Assembly (NCBI RefSeq): GCF_004010195.1
Contig: NC_057756.1
Location: 3,081,824 to 3,145,823, forward strand
From: Chiloscyllium plagiosum
Taxonomy: Eukaryota
DNA length: 64,000 bases
Direction of reading: 5' to 3'
Part shown: one piece after another, positions 11,830 through 24,119 of the stretch
Position numbering within the stretch: position 1 is the stretch's first letter
Layout of the letters: each line of letters begins with the position of its first letter
Notes under the pieces: model-generated
What the model was told of the DNA's origin: nothing
What the model saw: the letters and a program-made list of their open reading frames with translations, nothing else
Databases searched by the model: none
Made by a program: the position numbers and the translations under genes

Positions 11830-13535
11830 TTTATTGTACTAGTATTATACAAGTGAAAGAAGGACAGAGGTTAGGGGAAGGAGTTGTATATCCTTGTAAG
11901 TTAGTTATTCTTAGTTAGGCTTTTAAAGAAAAATGAAGTTGTTAGATTTTAGCAAATAAATTATATTCAAGTTTAACCAAGGACAAAAGTAAAGCTGAAA
12001 TAATTTGAGAATTACTCAAACACGTATGTGTGTCAGAGAAACAGTCAAGCGTGGTAGAGGAATAAAAATGTAAACTACACAAAAATGGAGTTCGAAGATA
12101 TTCAAAGTAACAGAGAGAGCAAAGAGAGAGGCAGAGAGAGAAGAGACAGAGAGAGGAAAAAAGAGAGGAAATGTGAGAGAGAACGATCCTAGGTGATAAA
12201 AGATAAATAGGAGAAATGAAGAGAAAAAGAGAGTAAGTAAAGGGAGAGAGAAAGAGGGAGAGAAGAAAGAGAGAGACAATCAGAGAAAGTATTTAAACTT
12301 GTGAAGTTGCGACTTAGTCAGCAAAGTCAAATTAACGGTAAGGAGACTGAAAAAATGTAGTGATATGCACAAGTGTGTAAAAACTCTCCTATATTATGAT
12401 AAGAAAGATGTTGAACCCTTTTTTATTTAAGTTGTAATATTGTCTTGTCAGATGGAGTAGTCCAGGGATTTATGGGTAACGCTAGTTCAGACGAAACTGG
12501 AAGGCAGGACTTGTGGGGTATTTGTCACGTTGTCAGATGATGGTATCAAAAAATATGAAGAGTTAAAACAGGCTACTATAAGTGCTTCTGAATTGCTACC
12601 AGAAACATATAAACAGCGGTTCAGAAGCACAAAGAATGAGTCAGGTCAGACTGCTGTTGAGTTTGAATGTATTAAACATTGTCATTTTTATAGGTTGGTG
12701 CGATCTTTGAAAGTAGGTTGGTCGTTTGAGGTTCTACGAGAGCTGATTTCACTCGTGGAGTTTAAAAACTCTTTTCCATAGATGGTAAGAACTCACGTGG
12801 AGGATCAGAAAGTTCAGAAAGTGAAAATCACTGCGGAATTTGCAGATGAATCCATGTTGATGCATAAGACAGACTTCCGCCCAGAATTTCATGCAGTGAG
12901 GAATAGAAGTTGGGAGAAGAGGATTTACCACACTCCAAAGTCAAGAGTAGATAATACTGTTAATAATTAAACACATGTTAAAGAAGGGTGTGAAAAGGAG
13001 GTGAACGAATCAAATATTTTCACTGTAATGCCGTGGGGCATTGCAGTGCCAGTGGGTTCAAAAGGGCACTGGATAAATTGTTTTCATTTCTAAAATGTTG
13101 AACACGAAAAGTCACAGTGCTGGTCTTTAAATAAAGTCATAATGGGAAAAATGTGTCAAAAGATGCTCAGTCAGTGGCATTAGTGAAGGTAAGAAATGAG
13201 ACCCCAAGAAGACCCGAGCAGCTGCACGAGAGTGTGCAGTCTCGGCACGGGACTGGGTATGGAATTAGGACCTGATCTCTCATATAAAAGAATTAACATC
13301 TGTGGGTAAAGTTACTGTGAAAGAACAGGGGGAGAAGCACAAGAGGTATAATTTTGAGAGATACAGTAGCTAACCAGTTGCTGATCGCAAGGGATGGGCG
13401 GAAATGCAGTCTAGCGGATCTCTTACGCAAGAGTGTGGTACATTTTGCGGAAGATGAACACACATTTATCTTTCCCCATTGTTAGATCAATTTTGAGTGC
13501 CAACTCACGACTGGGGAAATTCCAGTGGGAGTGAT
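11830..13535 (+). mobile_element. Gmr1-like Ty3/Gypsy LTR retrotransposon gag-protease relic
   Basis: GA-rich coiled-coil region, SCAN-like ELLPETYKQRFR...LRELISLVEFKN, zinc-knuckle remnant FHCNAVGH and protease ILRDT. Confidence 0.75.
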
Positions 13536-13539
13536 TAAT

Positions 13540-13990
13540 GCAGCTACTTTGATTGACTCTTTTTGTCTCTTCAATCTATCAAGTTAATAAGCTCTGCAAA
13601 GTCAACGTGGATTGAAACAGGTTTTTCATAAAAGTGAAAGGAATTACAGGAAAGTCACGCGAGAGTCGTTACATTTGCTTACATGAAGTTGTAGTATTTC
13701 ATAATTTAAACACAGACATCATGAAATGGAAATACTAGGCATGGATTTTTTTTTCAAAGTATTGGATATCTACCTCCTCAATAGCGAAATGGAGAAAACC
13801 TGAGACTTAATCATTACTTTTTTTTTCAGAAATACGCAGATTGAAGAATTTACTGAATGATGCAGGTGAATTTAAGCTTTAAGGAATTAATATATTGAAC
13901 ACACGACAACAGTTTTTTTTTCAAGAGCAATCTTCATGTTCGACTTCAAACTCGAAATGATAATCAAAGACTCTTTATTAAGTTGACTAC
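13540..13990 (+). pseudogene. ALS2-like DH-domain exon remnants
   Basis: VNKLCKV..FFIKVK..AWIFFSK (ALS2 SKLCYL..FLHGVK..AIDFLNK). The acceptor ttttcag at 13829 is followed by IRRLKNL (ALS2 IRRLHNY). Confidence 0.6.
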
Positions 13991-14059
13991 AACCTCTTAT
14001 ACAGATTAACATACAGATTAACAAGACCCAAGCCTTGTCACACAGATTTTCCTTTAATC

Positions 14060-14062
14060 TTT

Positions 14063-14122
<60 letters not shown>

Positions 14123-14124
14123 TA
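14060..14124 (+). repeat. (TTTC)n microsatellite
   Basis: Tandem TTTC units visible directly. Confidence 0.95.
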
Positions 14125-14757
14125 TTGATGATTAGGCTCTTGTGAATTATCTTATTTCAATGCAAACAATTTCTCCACAACATTTTCTGATAATTCTGAG
14201 TTCCTTCAGACCCCTCTACTCATTAAACTCTGTGTTTCACAAAATATCTGTCATGTTACTTGTGTTCTGCTTTTGACAAATAAGCAAAATATACATTAAC
14301 GTGGACAGTCATATATTTAAACCAATTATGAATTCCTCTCTTTGTGAATATGTAGGAAACAAATTTGTCTTCATAAATCTCTTTTATTCCTTCACACACA
14401 TATTGAAACATTTGTTTTCTTTGGAATAATTTGCTCCAGTACCTTATTTTCACTTGCTTAATAAATTTCTTTGGTCCTATTTTGATTATTTCCAAATTAT
14501 GCTTTCTGAAGCATTCTGCTTCTTTCTCGTAATTCCTATATTATTTGAGAGCTATCTGAGGAATTCCATTTACATGCAATATCACGTCTGAAGATACTTT
14601 CTTTGCAGTTTAAAAATTGCCAGCTTCTCATTTACAGTTAAATTATGGGCAACAACTACCTCTGTTCCTGTCCGTATACATCCTTACAAATATAATGTCA
14701 GCTGACACATTGTTGATCTTATGTTAAACTCACGCCCTTGCTAATATCTTGTGACAG

Positions 14758-15574
14758 CTAAAATTGCTCGAACCGAAGCAACCCCCTTGTGAATCGTTTC
14801 GGTCCTCTGTCCGTTGCAATGGGGATAAAAAAAAGAAACTCTTCAGAAAATTCGCAGGTCAAGCAGCATCTGTGAAGTGAAGGTGGCATCAATCTCTCGG
14901 GTGCAGTGACATTTCTTCGATCACTTCCTTCCATTAGCATATATTACTTCAGCGGTGCATTAATAACAGTTTTGCTAGCTCAAAAATAATGTCAGTGCTC
15001 TACCAATGTATGCCACGACCAATAAACGCAAGTGCCATATATGCCTGCTTAATCATTCTGTTAGCAATTCCTTCATCTTCAACGATCTCGAAACAGTGTC
15101 ACAAGGTCTTGTCTCTAGAGATTCCGAACATGACTGGCGTCAATCGTTGGACAGTGTGTTTATTCTATGTGAAACCAGCAAAGTTAAAAGTTTTACAAAG
15201 ACGACAAGCACTTTTGTCCTTCATCATAATATTCCACCAATAAAGTTGAACAGACTGTACTGCTTTGCTATACAAGCTGTTCTAACACAACTGCAAAATG
15301 GAATCAGCTGTACAATATGAAAATATTGCTCATGTAAGCGTGTAGCATAAAGCAGATAGAATCTAATATTGTGAATTAACATCCCATCATTCTTTTCTCG
15401 ATCATTGGAGAAGTGATAAAATGTGCTGTCAGCAGAGCAATCCACCAGCGCCTGCTCAGTAAAAGGAAAATGCCCACTTGCAGCCATTTGGATCGTGCTG
15501 TGGGAAACCAACTCCTGACCTTATTACAGCACTGGTTCAAACAAAAACAGACAGCTGAATACCTGAGCTGAGTA
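14758..15574 (+). pseudogene. ALS2-like PH-domain/first MORN exon (interrupted by a PLE-end fragment ~14830-14930)
   Basis: Acceptor gtgacag. LLEPKQPLV..PLSV; FSGALI; GLVSRDSEHDWRQSL; IPPIKLNRLYCF; HWRSDKMCCQ vs ALS2 LRKPERRLL..ALSL; FNDALV; TLISSTPQEKTKWLRAI; EPPISRSAKYTF; HWKEGKMCGQ. Donor gtaagt at 15575. Confidence 0.8.
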
Positions 15575-15869
15575 GTAAGTGCCAGAATCGATATCAAGGG
15601 AGCACTGATCTGAAGGAGGCAGCAGGAATACTTAGATAAACTGCAGTCAAAGGCAAACGGGGAACCACTCTCTGCTCATTCCAGTCTTTACTGACGCCGA
15701 GAAAGCCTGTTGTGCTTTTTGGAGATCTCTTATTTCATCTCCACGGCAACTAAGCATGAATTCCTATCGCTGTATCCTCAGCTGAAGCTTTATGCACTAA
15801 TACAGCAATGAGATTTCCTACATCATGTTGTCTGATGCGGGAATTGCACAATGTTCAACAAGATTTTGG

Positions 15870-16280
15870 GTTCTTCAAGGAGAGAACCAGACCATCTCTA
15901 AATGCATACACTATCTAAATGAAACCTAGACTTGGGCTGAAAAGTGAAAAGTCTCATTTGCACAACATAAATGTATGGTAATAGACATCCACAAAGAGAA
16001 ACAATCTAACTGCCAAACGTGAAATGCAATGGTGTTTTTATCATTGAAACTCTCACGAGCAGGATATGAGACTTCTTGTTAACAACAAAGTTGAGTGGAA
16101 TAATCGTGTTGGTAGTTGCTGCAAGCACAATTCATTGGTTTGGAAAGGTGTAGTGCGCAACTCACCTGTCGATAATAGTTCAACGAATATAAGGCACAAA
16201 TCAAAGGGAGACAAAATGTTTCAACGTATCTGGTTAACAGCATTGCCAAGATACAAGAAGTTTTAAATCATCAATCTGGG
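15870..16280 (+). mobile_element. Old CR1-type fragment
   Basis: Degenerate RT C-terminal motif (TWAEK*KVSF) similar to 2800-3100. Confidence 0.5.
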
Positions 16281-16294
16281 CATAATTATGTTTC

Positions 16295-16605
16295 ATTGTT
16301 TCACACTGTTGCCTCACATTGCCTGGGAATTAGGTCAATATCAAGTTCAGATGACGACCGCTATCGAGTTGCGTATACTGCCTGTGACTGTATGTGTTTC
16401 CTTCGAATGCTCACGTGTCTCCCATAGGCCAAATTTGTGTAGGTTAGGTGGATTGGTGTTGCCAAATTGCCCGCAGTATCCAAGAATGCGCAGACCACGT
16501 GGATTTACAATGGCAAACCCAGGGTTACAGGGCTAGGCAATGGTAGGGTGCTCTTCAGATTGTTGGTGTGGACTCGATGGACCGGGTGTCCTGCTTCCAT
16601 GATCA
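16295..16605 (+). mobile_element. V-SINE/HE1-type tRNA-derived SINE
   Basis: Head gcctcaca...ggg, core gtaggttaggtggattgg...aaattgccc and a CR1-like tail ggactcgatggaccgg. Confidence 0.7.
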
Positions 16606-16619
16606 TGATAAATACCTTA

Positions 16620-16851
16620 GCTTATTGGGGGCACACTAACAAACGTTAATAACTCCCCAACCACAAATGCTGCAGTTCAGATGATTTCTTTTACAAAATT
16701 CACACAATTGTTTGCTAAAGATCTGAGAACAGTATCGAGCAAGCTCATAAATGCTACTAAACGGGAGAATGTAGCTGCAGATATAGCATTCAGCCCAAAT
16801 GGAGCCTTGCCTCCCGACTCTGTCTGGCTTTACCTCATTTTTCACTCGCCT
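16620..16851 (+). pseudogene. ALS2-like exon (post-MORN)
   Basis: IGGTLTN...KFTQLFAKDLRTV...KRENVAADIAFS vs ALS2 ITGTYFK...KWRAVFDECWRQL...WDNIAVALTTS. Donor gtgaga, phase 0. Confidence 0.65.
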
Positions 16852-17364
16852 GTGAGATCACTGTTGAATCATCTCGCGATGAGAAGACTACGCTGAGGCC
16901 ATTGCAGGACGAGAGACCACAACATAAAGGTGGACGCAGACCAAGCTGGGCTACTGAGATATAGCCACGCCAGACGGGGCAGACTCCAGTTTGACCCATC
17001 AGGCTGGCACGATAGTTAAGGGACTTCCATGCTTGGCTGGAAAGCTGCCAAAGTACGCTTGTGCGATCCCTCCTGGTCTGTTCTGAGGCTACGAGTTCCA
17101 CACCCGAACGTTCTGAGGCAGTGACATTGGAGGCCGTTGTTTCCGAGGCCAGGTTTTCAAAGGCAGCTACATACGTGTCTGGGAGATCCGATTCCTGCAG
17201 TTTGAAGGCTACGAGGTCGACGACGAGGAATTAGAGTTGTGAGATGCCTGATGTTCTCATGCAGCGAAGAGAGAATGGAAGAGAGAACATGAAAACATAA
17301 AAATAAAGAACAGGAACGAATGGAGCAGATCAGCAGTAGCTAAAGTTTATGAATGAGGTCATAA

Positions 17365-18210
17365 AGTTCTCGAGATGTACAGCATGGAAACAGACCATTC
17401 GGTCTAAACCGTCCATGCCGACAGGCTATCCCAAGCCAATCTAGTCCCACCAGTCAGCACCAGGCCCATATTCCTCCAAACACTAAACAATGGCCTAATC
17501 AATGTTTTGTACAGCCGGAACATGACCTCCCAAGTCCTGTACTCAATACTCTGACCAATGAAAGAAAGTATACCAAACGGCTTCTTCACAATTTTATTTA
17601 CCTGCGACTCCACTTTTACATAGCTATGAATCTGCAGTCCAAGGTCTCTTTGTTCAGCACCACTTCCTCGGACATTACCATTAAGTCCTGCTAAAGTTTG
17701 CTTTCCCAAAATGCAGCAACTCGCATCTATCTGAATTAAAAACCATCTGCCACTTCTCGGCCCATTGGCCCATTTGTTAAAGATCCCGTTGTAATCTCGG
17801 GTAACCATCTTCTCTGTCCAGTACACCTCCAATGTTGTTGTCATCAGCAAACTTACTAACTGTACCTCTTATGTCGACATCCGAATCATTAACTTAAATG
17901 ACAAAAAGTAGAGGACCCAGCACCGATCTGTGTGGCAATCCACTGGTCACAGGCCTCCTTTGAGCCAGTTCTGTATCCAAATGGCTAGTTCTCACTGTAT
18001 TCCGTGACATGCAACCATGCTATCAGTCTCGCATGGGGAACCTTGACGAATGCCTTACTAAACTCCATATAGATCACATCTACCGCTCAGCCCTCATCAA
18101 TCCTCTTTTTTACTTCTTCAAAAAACTCAATAAAGTTTGTGAGACATGATTTGCCTCGCAAAAAAACATATTGACTATCCTTAATCAGTCCTTGACTTTG
18201 CAAATACATT
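17365..18210 (-). mobile_element. CR1-type LINE fragment
   Basis: QRDLGLQIHSYVKVESQVNKIVKKPFGILSFIGQSIEYR...LYKTLIRP. Confidence 0.9.
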
Positions 18211-19722
18211 GTTGAATATGATAGACAAATGGAAGTGTCTGTGAAGTGAAACTTGTCGTTTTCCTTAACTTTTAGATGATGTCTAATAAATTAAGAATAG
18301 TCATTGCTTGTTTGTGAAAAATGGGGAGAGAGATAAAAAAAAGTATCAAAGTAAGAATTCGGTCAAGCATTATGAAGTGAACAAACTGGAGATGTTGTCA
18401 TCCTAATCAATTCCAACATCGTCACCGTCTTCATAACTATCACGAATGTTGAGATTAATATCTCCATATCACATTGAAGATTGATCAGCAACAATCTGGA
18501 ATTGAATAAATTAAAATACCGGTTTGCAAACTGCACAAAACAGCATTTGGTCACATACCAGCAAGTGTTGCCTTATTTCTATTATAGGAAGACTGAAATT
18601 TGTTCCGGAAATTGTTCTTCCTGGTTTGTTAATCAGTTTCAAAGTAAAAATGCGAGACAGCAAATAGGAGATTTAAGTTGTTTTAAAGAAAGTTTGAGAA
18701 ATTGTTAATTTGGACATTCATGACTTGAATTTTATGCGAGAATAATAACCAGTTATATATGTTAATATGAAGGAGTTTATTTTTGGATGGTCCAGTAGAT
18801 CGTGTTGTGAACTTTATGAATTCAAATCTGATGGTGACTGGAGTGGTTTTACATTCTCAATCCTTTGTATATTGTGGGATTTGGGTGAAACATACATACT
18901 TCAAAACTGAGAAGTTGGATCTAAGTGAGTAATTGGAATTATTCTAATCCTTCTGAAGATGTTGACAATGTATGGATTCTAACGTGGGTTCGTATAATAG
19001 TAAATATTGCAGTATTATTAAGAAAGCTGGTTTTAACATGTTCGTTTTTAATGCAATTCAATTAGTTGAACGAAAAAAGGAGTAAAATAATTAAACATTG
19101 AATTGATGTTAGATCGGCGAGGAAGTAATTAATTGTAGAACTATAGTTTTAGTCATGTAATAATTATGATATTGAAGAGAATCTAATATTATGGAAGAGA
19201 GTGACAATCTGCACATGTTGATGATTGATTTCACTGCCATTTCCAGATTCAAGTGGATGGACTGTGATAAGATGGCAAGCAAAAGGAATAGCTAAGAGAG
19301 TGGATAAATCCTGCAAGTAAATGTGACAGTATCTATGGTCAACCAAGATTGAACTATCATCACAGTTATAACCGCAGCCAACATATGTTGGGACTTGTCC
19401 TCTGAGCTCTTATCTGCAGTTTATTAGTTGACAAAGAAAGGGAGGTATGATGGTGGTCTGCTACACATAATGCCACCTTATTATCATATATGGAACCTGG
19501 GATGTGGCCGGTATAAACGTTTCCGAGTTATATTGGCTGGGATCCAACACTATGATGAAATCTAATGAATTAATTGACGGAGTGCCAGAGAGTTTTCTGC
19601 TAGGATTATTGAATTTTAGGACATCAGTTACCCATATCATAGACTTAACTGGAAGCACAGTATTTTGGTGTTTTAGTATAAAATGCTTTATTGAGTTTTG
19701 AATTATTATTTACTTACGACAG

Positions 19723-20023
19723 AGGAAAGGCTGCGTACTTGTGCTAAAGGTAATAAAAACGACATTAATAAAATATGCTAAAATTTACTAACAATTTGAT
19801 AAAATAAAAACATGACGTGAGGCCAGGAAGAGTGTGATTTTTTTTAAATTGCTAAAGCTGGGAGACTATTCAAAACGTCATGGATGATTGGTGCGTGTGT
19901 TTCGCAGCACTTTCAATCCGAAGTCAATTGAAATGTACATTTTGTTTTGATGTTTTAAAAGTAAAACACGAGATCTGAGAACACTGCTTCCCCAGCTTCT
20001 TGGATTTGAGTTCACAAGTTTCA
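19723..20023 (+). pseudogene. ALS2-like exon (helical region before VPS9)
   Basis: Acceptor cgacag, donor gtaagt. QFDKIK..CD..GRL..LVRVFRSTF..LRTLLPQL vs ALS2 KYDDIRK..CD..GRL..LVAVYRMTY..VRFLFPEL. Confidence 0.8.
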
Positions 20024-20619
20024 GTAAGTGTTGTGAAAGAAAAAGAGAGTATTAGCTGAAGGCTTCCATCATAAATGTACAACGCATGCATTTTCTAAAT
20101 AAAACGCATAAGCTCCCCTAAATTCACCTGAGAGTGCAATGTCAAAAGCAGTGCGGCAGAGGTCCTCGCAGATTCAGAAATCTGTAACAATAATTCCTTT
20201 ACAGTTATATATCTATCATGCACAGTAAAATGCTCAATCCGATTACTTTCTTTGTTAATTTTAGAACTGCAGACAACTGGAAAAACAAATGGTAAGAATG
20301 AACATTCTGACAATTTGCACCACAGAGCTATTGAAATGCTTTCGTATTTCGGGTTTAGTGACTTTTTTTCCCCAAGAAGCGCAATGATGGGATTGAATAC
20401 GACATTTTAGGGAAGAAGAACAATGTTGTATACGCAGCAGAATAAACTGAAACATAAAGCTCTACATTACAAACCTGTTCAATCAATATGACCGTTCAAT
20501 TGTAATTGCTAAAGAAAAGTGAACAAATGCTTTTATCAAACGATAATGAAGACACATGGTGTGCAGTGTATCCTAATTAGGTGGATAAAGAACTTCAAAG
20601 TTTGTGAGAAGATTTGTAG

Positions 20620-21645
20620 CTCGGGTGGTCGTTACTGTGGTTCTGTTCGCCGAGCTGAAAGTTTTTGTTGCAAACGTTTCGTCCCCTGCCTTTGTGACAT
20701 CCTCAGTGCTTGGGAGCCTCCTGTGAAGCGCTTCTGTGGTGTTTCCTCCGGCATTGAAAGTGGCCTGTCCCTGCCGCTTCCGGTTGTCAGTTGTAGTGGT
20801 CAGTATATTGGGTCCAAGTCTATGTGTTTGTTGATGGAGTTTGTGGATGAGTGCCAAGCTTCTAGGAATTCCCTGGCTGTTCTTTGTTTGGCTTGCCCTA
20901 TAATGGTAGTGTTGTCCCAGTCAAATTCATGTTGCTTGTCGTCTGCGTGTGTGGCTACTAGGGATAGCTGGTCGTGTCGTTTCGTGGCTAGTTGATGTTC
21001 GTGGATGCGGATCGTTAGTTGTCTTCCTGTTTGTCCTATATAGTGTTTTGTGCAGTCCTTGCATAGGATTTTGTACACTACGTTAGTTTTGCTCAGGCTG
21101 GGTATCGGGTACTTCGTTTTGGAGAGTTGTTGTCTGAGAGTGGCTGTTGGTTTATGTGCTGCTATAAGTCCTAGTGGTCGCAGTAGTCTAGCTGTCATTT
21201 CAGAGATGTTCTTGATGTATGGTAGTGTAGCTAGTCCTTTGGGTTGCGGCATATCTTCGTTCCATTGTCTTTCCCTTAGGCATCTGTTGATGAAATTGCG
21301 AGGATATCCGTTTTTGGCGAATACCTTGTATAGTGTGTGGCTTTCCTGTGTACCTTAGTGGTGAATTCTCCGTTTGGTGTTCTCTGTACCCTCACGTCTA
21401 GGAATGGGAGCTGGTTGTCCTTTTCTTCCTCTCTCGTGAATCGGATTCCTGTGAGTGTGGAGTTGATGATCCGGTGTGTATTCTTTATTTCCGTGTTTTT
21501 AATGATTACAAAGGTGTCACCAACGTATCTGACCCAGAGTTTGGGTTGAGTTTGTGGTAACACTGTTTGTTCTAACCATTGCATTACTGCTTCTGCTATG
21601 AGTCCCGATATCGGTGAGCCCATGGGTGTTCCGTTGATTTGTTCG
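20620..21645 (-). mobile_element. Penelope-like retroelement (RT + GIY-YIG endonuclease, internal deletion)
   Basis: MGSPISGLIAE..WVRYVGDTF..LPFLDV (RT) and VVYKILCKDCTKHYIGQTGRQLTIRIHEH (GIY-YIG). Hammerhead-like CTGAGGA...GAAACG near 20665-20710. Confidence 0.92.
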
Positions 21646-22740
21646 TAAAGAACTGGTTGAGCAACAGGAGACAGGGAGTAGTAGTTGAAGGGAGTTGCTC
21701 GAAATGAAGAAAATTAACCAGTGGCGTGCCACTGGGATCAGTGCTGGGGCCATTGCTGTTTGTGATATACATAAATGAAGGAAGAAGGCATTGTTAGTGT
21801 GATCGGTAAGTTTGCAGATGACACGAAGATTGCTGGAGTAGAAGAAAGCATAGGTGACTGTCAAAGAATACAGGAGAATACAGGAGAATATAGATACACT
21901 GAAGAGTTGGGAGGAGCAGTGGCAAATGGAGTTCAGTCCAGGCAAATGTTAGGTGCTGCATTTTGGATAGTCTAATTCCAGAGCGAAGTATACTGTAAAC
22001 GAAAGGTCCTTGGGGAAAGTCGATGAGCAAAGAGATCTGCGAATCGAGGTGCATTGGACCCTGTAGGTGGCAGCACAGTTGGATAACGTGGTGAGTAAAG
22101 CATATTGTATGCTTGCCTTCATCAGAAGAGGTATTGAGTATAACAGCTGGCAGGTCATGTTAAAATTGTACAAGACTTTGATTTGGCCGTATTTAGAGTA
22201 CAGTTCTGGTTGCCACATTACCAAAAGAACGTGGACGCTTTGGAGAGGGTCCACAGAAGGTTTTCGAGGATGAGGCCTAATAAGGAAGTTGCTACCTATA
22301 AAGAGAAGTCGAGTAGGTTAGGATTGTTTTCAGTAGAAAAAAGGAGGTTGGGGGGAAATCTGGTTGAGGTGTACAAAACCATGAAGGGTACAGACAGAAT
22401 GAATAGAGACAAGCTTTTTCCTAGGTTGACGGATTCAATAACGTGAGATCACGCTTTCAATGGGAGAGGTGAAATATTTAAGGCGGATACGGGCGGAAAG
22501 TACTTTACACAGAGAGTTAAACGTGTCTCGAACACGTTGCCAGCAGAGGCAGCAGAGTCAGTCACGGCAGATTCGTTTAATGTGCATCTGGACAGCTGCA
22601 TGCGAATGTGTAAACCAGAGGGATACAGAGCTTTATGAATTGGGCGATAGGTTTAGATAGTGGATTTGGATCATCTCAGGCTTTGAAGGACAAAGAACCT
22701 GTTCCAGGGCTGTAAATTCTCTTTGTCCTCTTTGTTCCTT
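21646..22740 (+). mobile_element. CR1-type LINE 3' portion
   Basis: IGKFADDTKIAG, LAFIRRGIEY..LYKTL, LERVHRRFSRM and a typical tail. Confidence 0.9.
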
Positions 22741-23014
22741 GATAGCAGTCATGAATCTGACTTTTAACTATTATGCTATATTTAAATTTTCTTGATACTG
22801 AAGCATTAGAGAAAGTGCTGTTGCCGTTCACTTCTTGCAATACAAAATTGTATGACCATAGGTTTTGACTTTGTTTTGATAGAAAACAAAACGAATTTCG
22901 ATCACAGGCAAACCATAGAGTGATATTAATGTTAAGCATGCCCAAATGAGATTTGCTCAGAATAATGGGGGTGGGGGAGGGGCGTGAGGGAGAGGGAGGG
23001 GGAAGAGAATGAGG

Positions 23015-23019
23015 NNNNN
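23015..23019. other. Assembly gap (NNNNN) in a G-rich tract
   Basis: Five n characters. Confidence 1.
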
Positions 23020-23277
23020 GGTGGGGGGGAGAATGGAATTGATAGTTATGTTGGGTTTGAATTCAAGGAAAAGTCAGGAGCAGCTGCGTCCTTGATACTC
23101 TTATAATTATGCATTTTTCAAAAACTGTAGATTTGGAGGTAACTAAACAAAGACAGAGGGAATCTTTACTGCTTGTTGTCCATTGAAAGCAAAGCTTGGC
23201 TTGTGTGCTCGTTTTAGAAAAGAACAATAATTCATAATCATGATGCCATGCCGATCATTCATCTTGATTTTTCCCAG

Positions 23278-23531
23278 TAATGGATAAACATTATTATGTC
23301 TTCTGGATCTGAACTCGAAAAATCATGTGTGTGCATTTTCATTAAACAACATCCAACTCAATTATGGATGATGAGACAATACATGGAACGGCACAGTGAT
23401 GAGCTTGACGAAATATGAAAAATGGCTACAATATTCTTTTTGAGAAACGTTTTCGTCTTGCTTGTCTTAGCCACTCCTGAAATAACCACCAAGTCGCAGG
23501 GAGCTGCAGTCCTGGCATCTTGGCAAAATTC
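23278..23531 (+). pseudogene. ALS2-like exon (VPS9 helical bundle)
   Basis: Acceptor ttcccag, donor gtaagc. IIMSSG..HPTQLWMM..DEI*K vs ALS2 VVTSSG..YPPLFML..DIYWE. Confidence 0.7.
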
Positions 23532-23763
23532 GTAAGCTGTTGATTGCATTTACCAATGTCACATGTTGGAATTATCAGTCTATATATGCATATGTAGACG
23601 GAGTGTTTTTGTACGTCAGCGTGTAAAAAAAAGAAACATACTTCAAATTATTAAAAAAAATATGGTGAATTCTTATCTAACTTCTGTGTTGCGTGGAATG
23701 CATGTTGCGAATCTGAAAGTTCGCCATCCAGAGTCTTTATGAAAACATATATGTGCATTTAAG

Positions 23764-23931
23764 CATTTTGCTAATAATATTATATGACTTGAAGAAGTGG
23801 CAAGACACTGAAATATCATTTGAAATGTCAGTTGGTATCAATAGATTACAAGGGAGAATGGCAGGATGGGAAGAAATTCTAAAAAAACAGGAAAGCTTTT
23901 TGATATCTTGCTTGTTAATTAGCTTCTGAAG
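23764..23931 (+). pseudogene. ALS2-like VPS9 exon
   Basis: Phase 2-2, 168 nt. FEMSVGINRL...KQESF vs ALS2 FASAVECLQQI...IQQTF. Confidence 0.65.
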
Positions 23932-24119
23932 GTACAATCCGAGGAACAATTCATGACAGAGGCCATATTCGCTGCATTGATGAAAACAATATCATTGTGT
24001 ACAGAGAATTTATAATAAGTGAATTTAGATTAATGTAAACAACCAAAGCTGTCTGAGTGAATGGTTTTCACAAATCAACGATCATCTAGCTAACGAAAAT
24101 CCCTCCTCATTTCACTTGT

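Noticed and set aside
12016..12279. Hydrophobic Leu/Phe/Ser ORF resembling a membrane protein
   Set aside because: It is antisense to the GA-rich coiled-coil part of the Gypsy gag.
15370..15560. Possible conserved non-coding enhancer
   Set aside because: Better explained as the MORN-repeat part of the ALS2-like exon (HWRSDKMCCQ).
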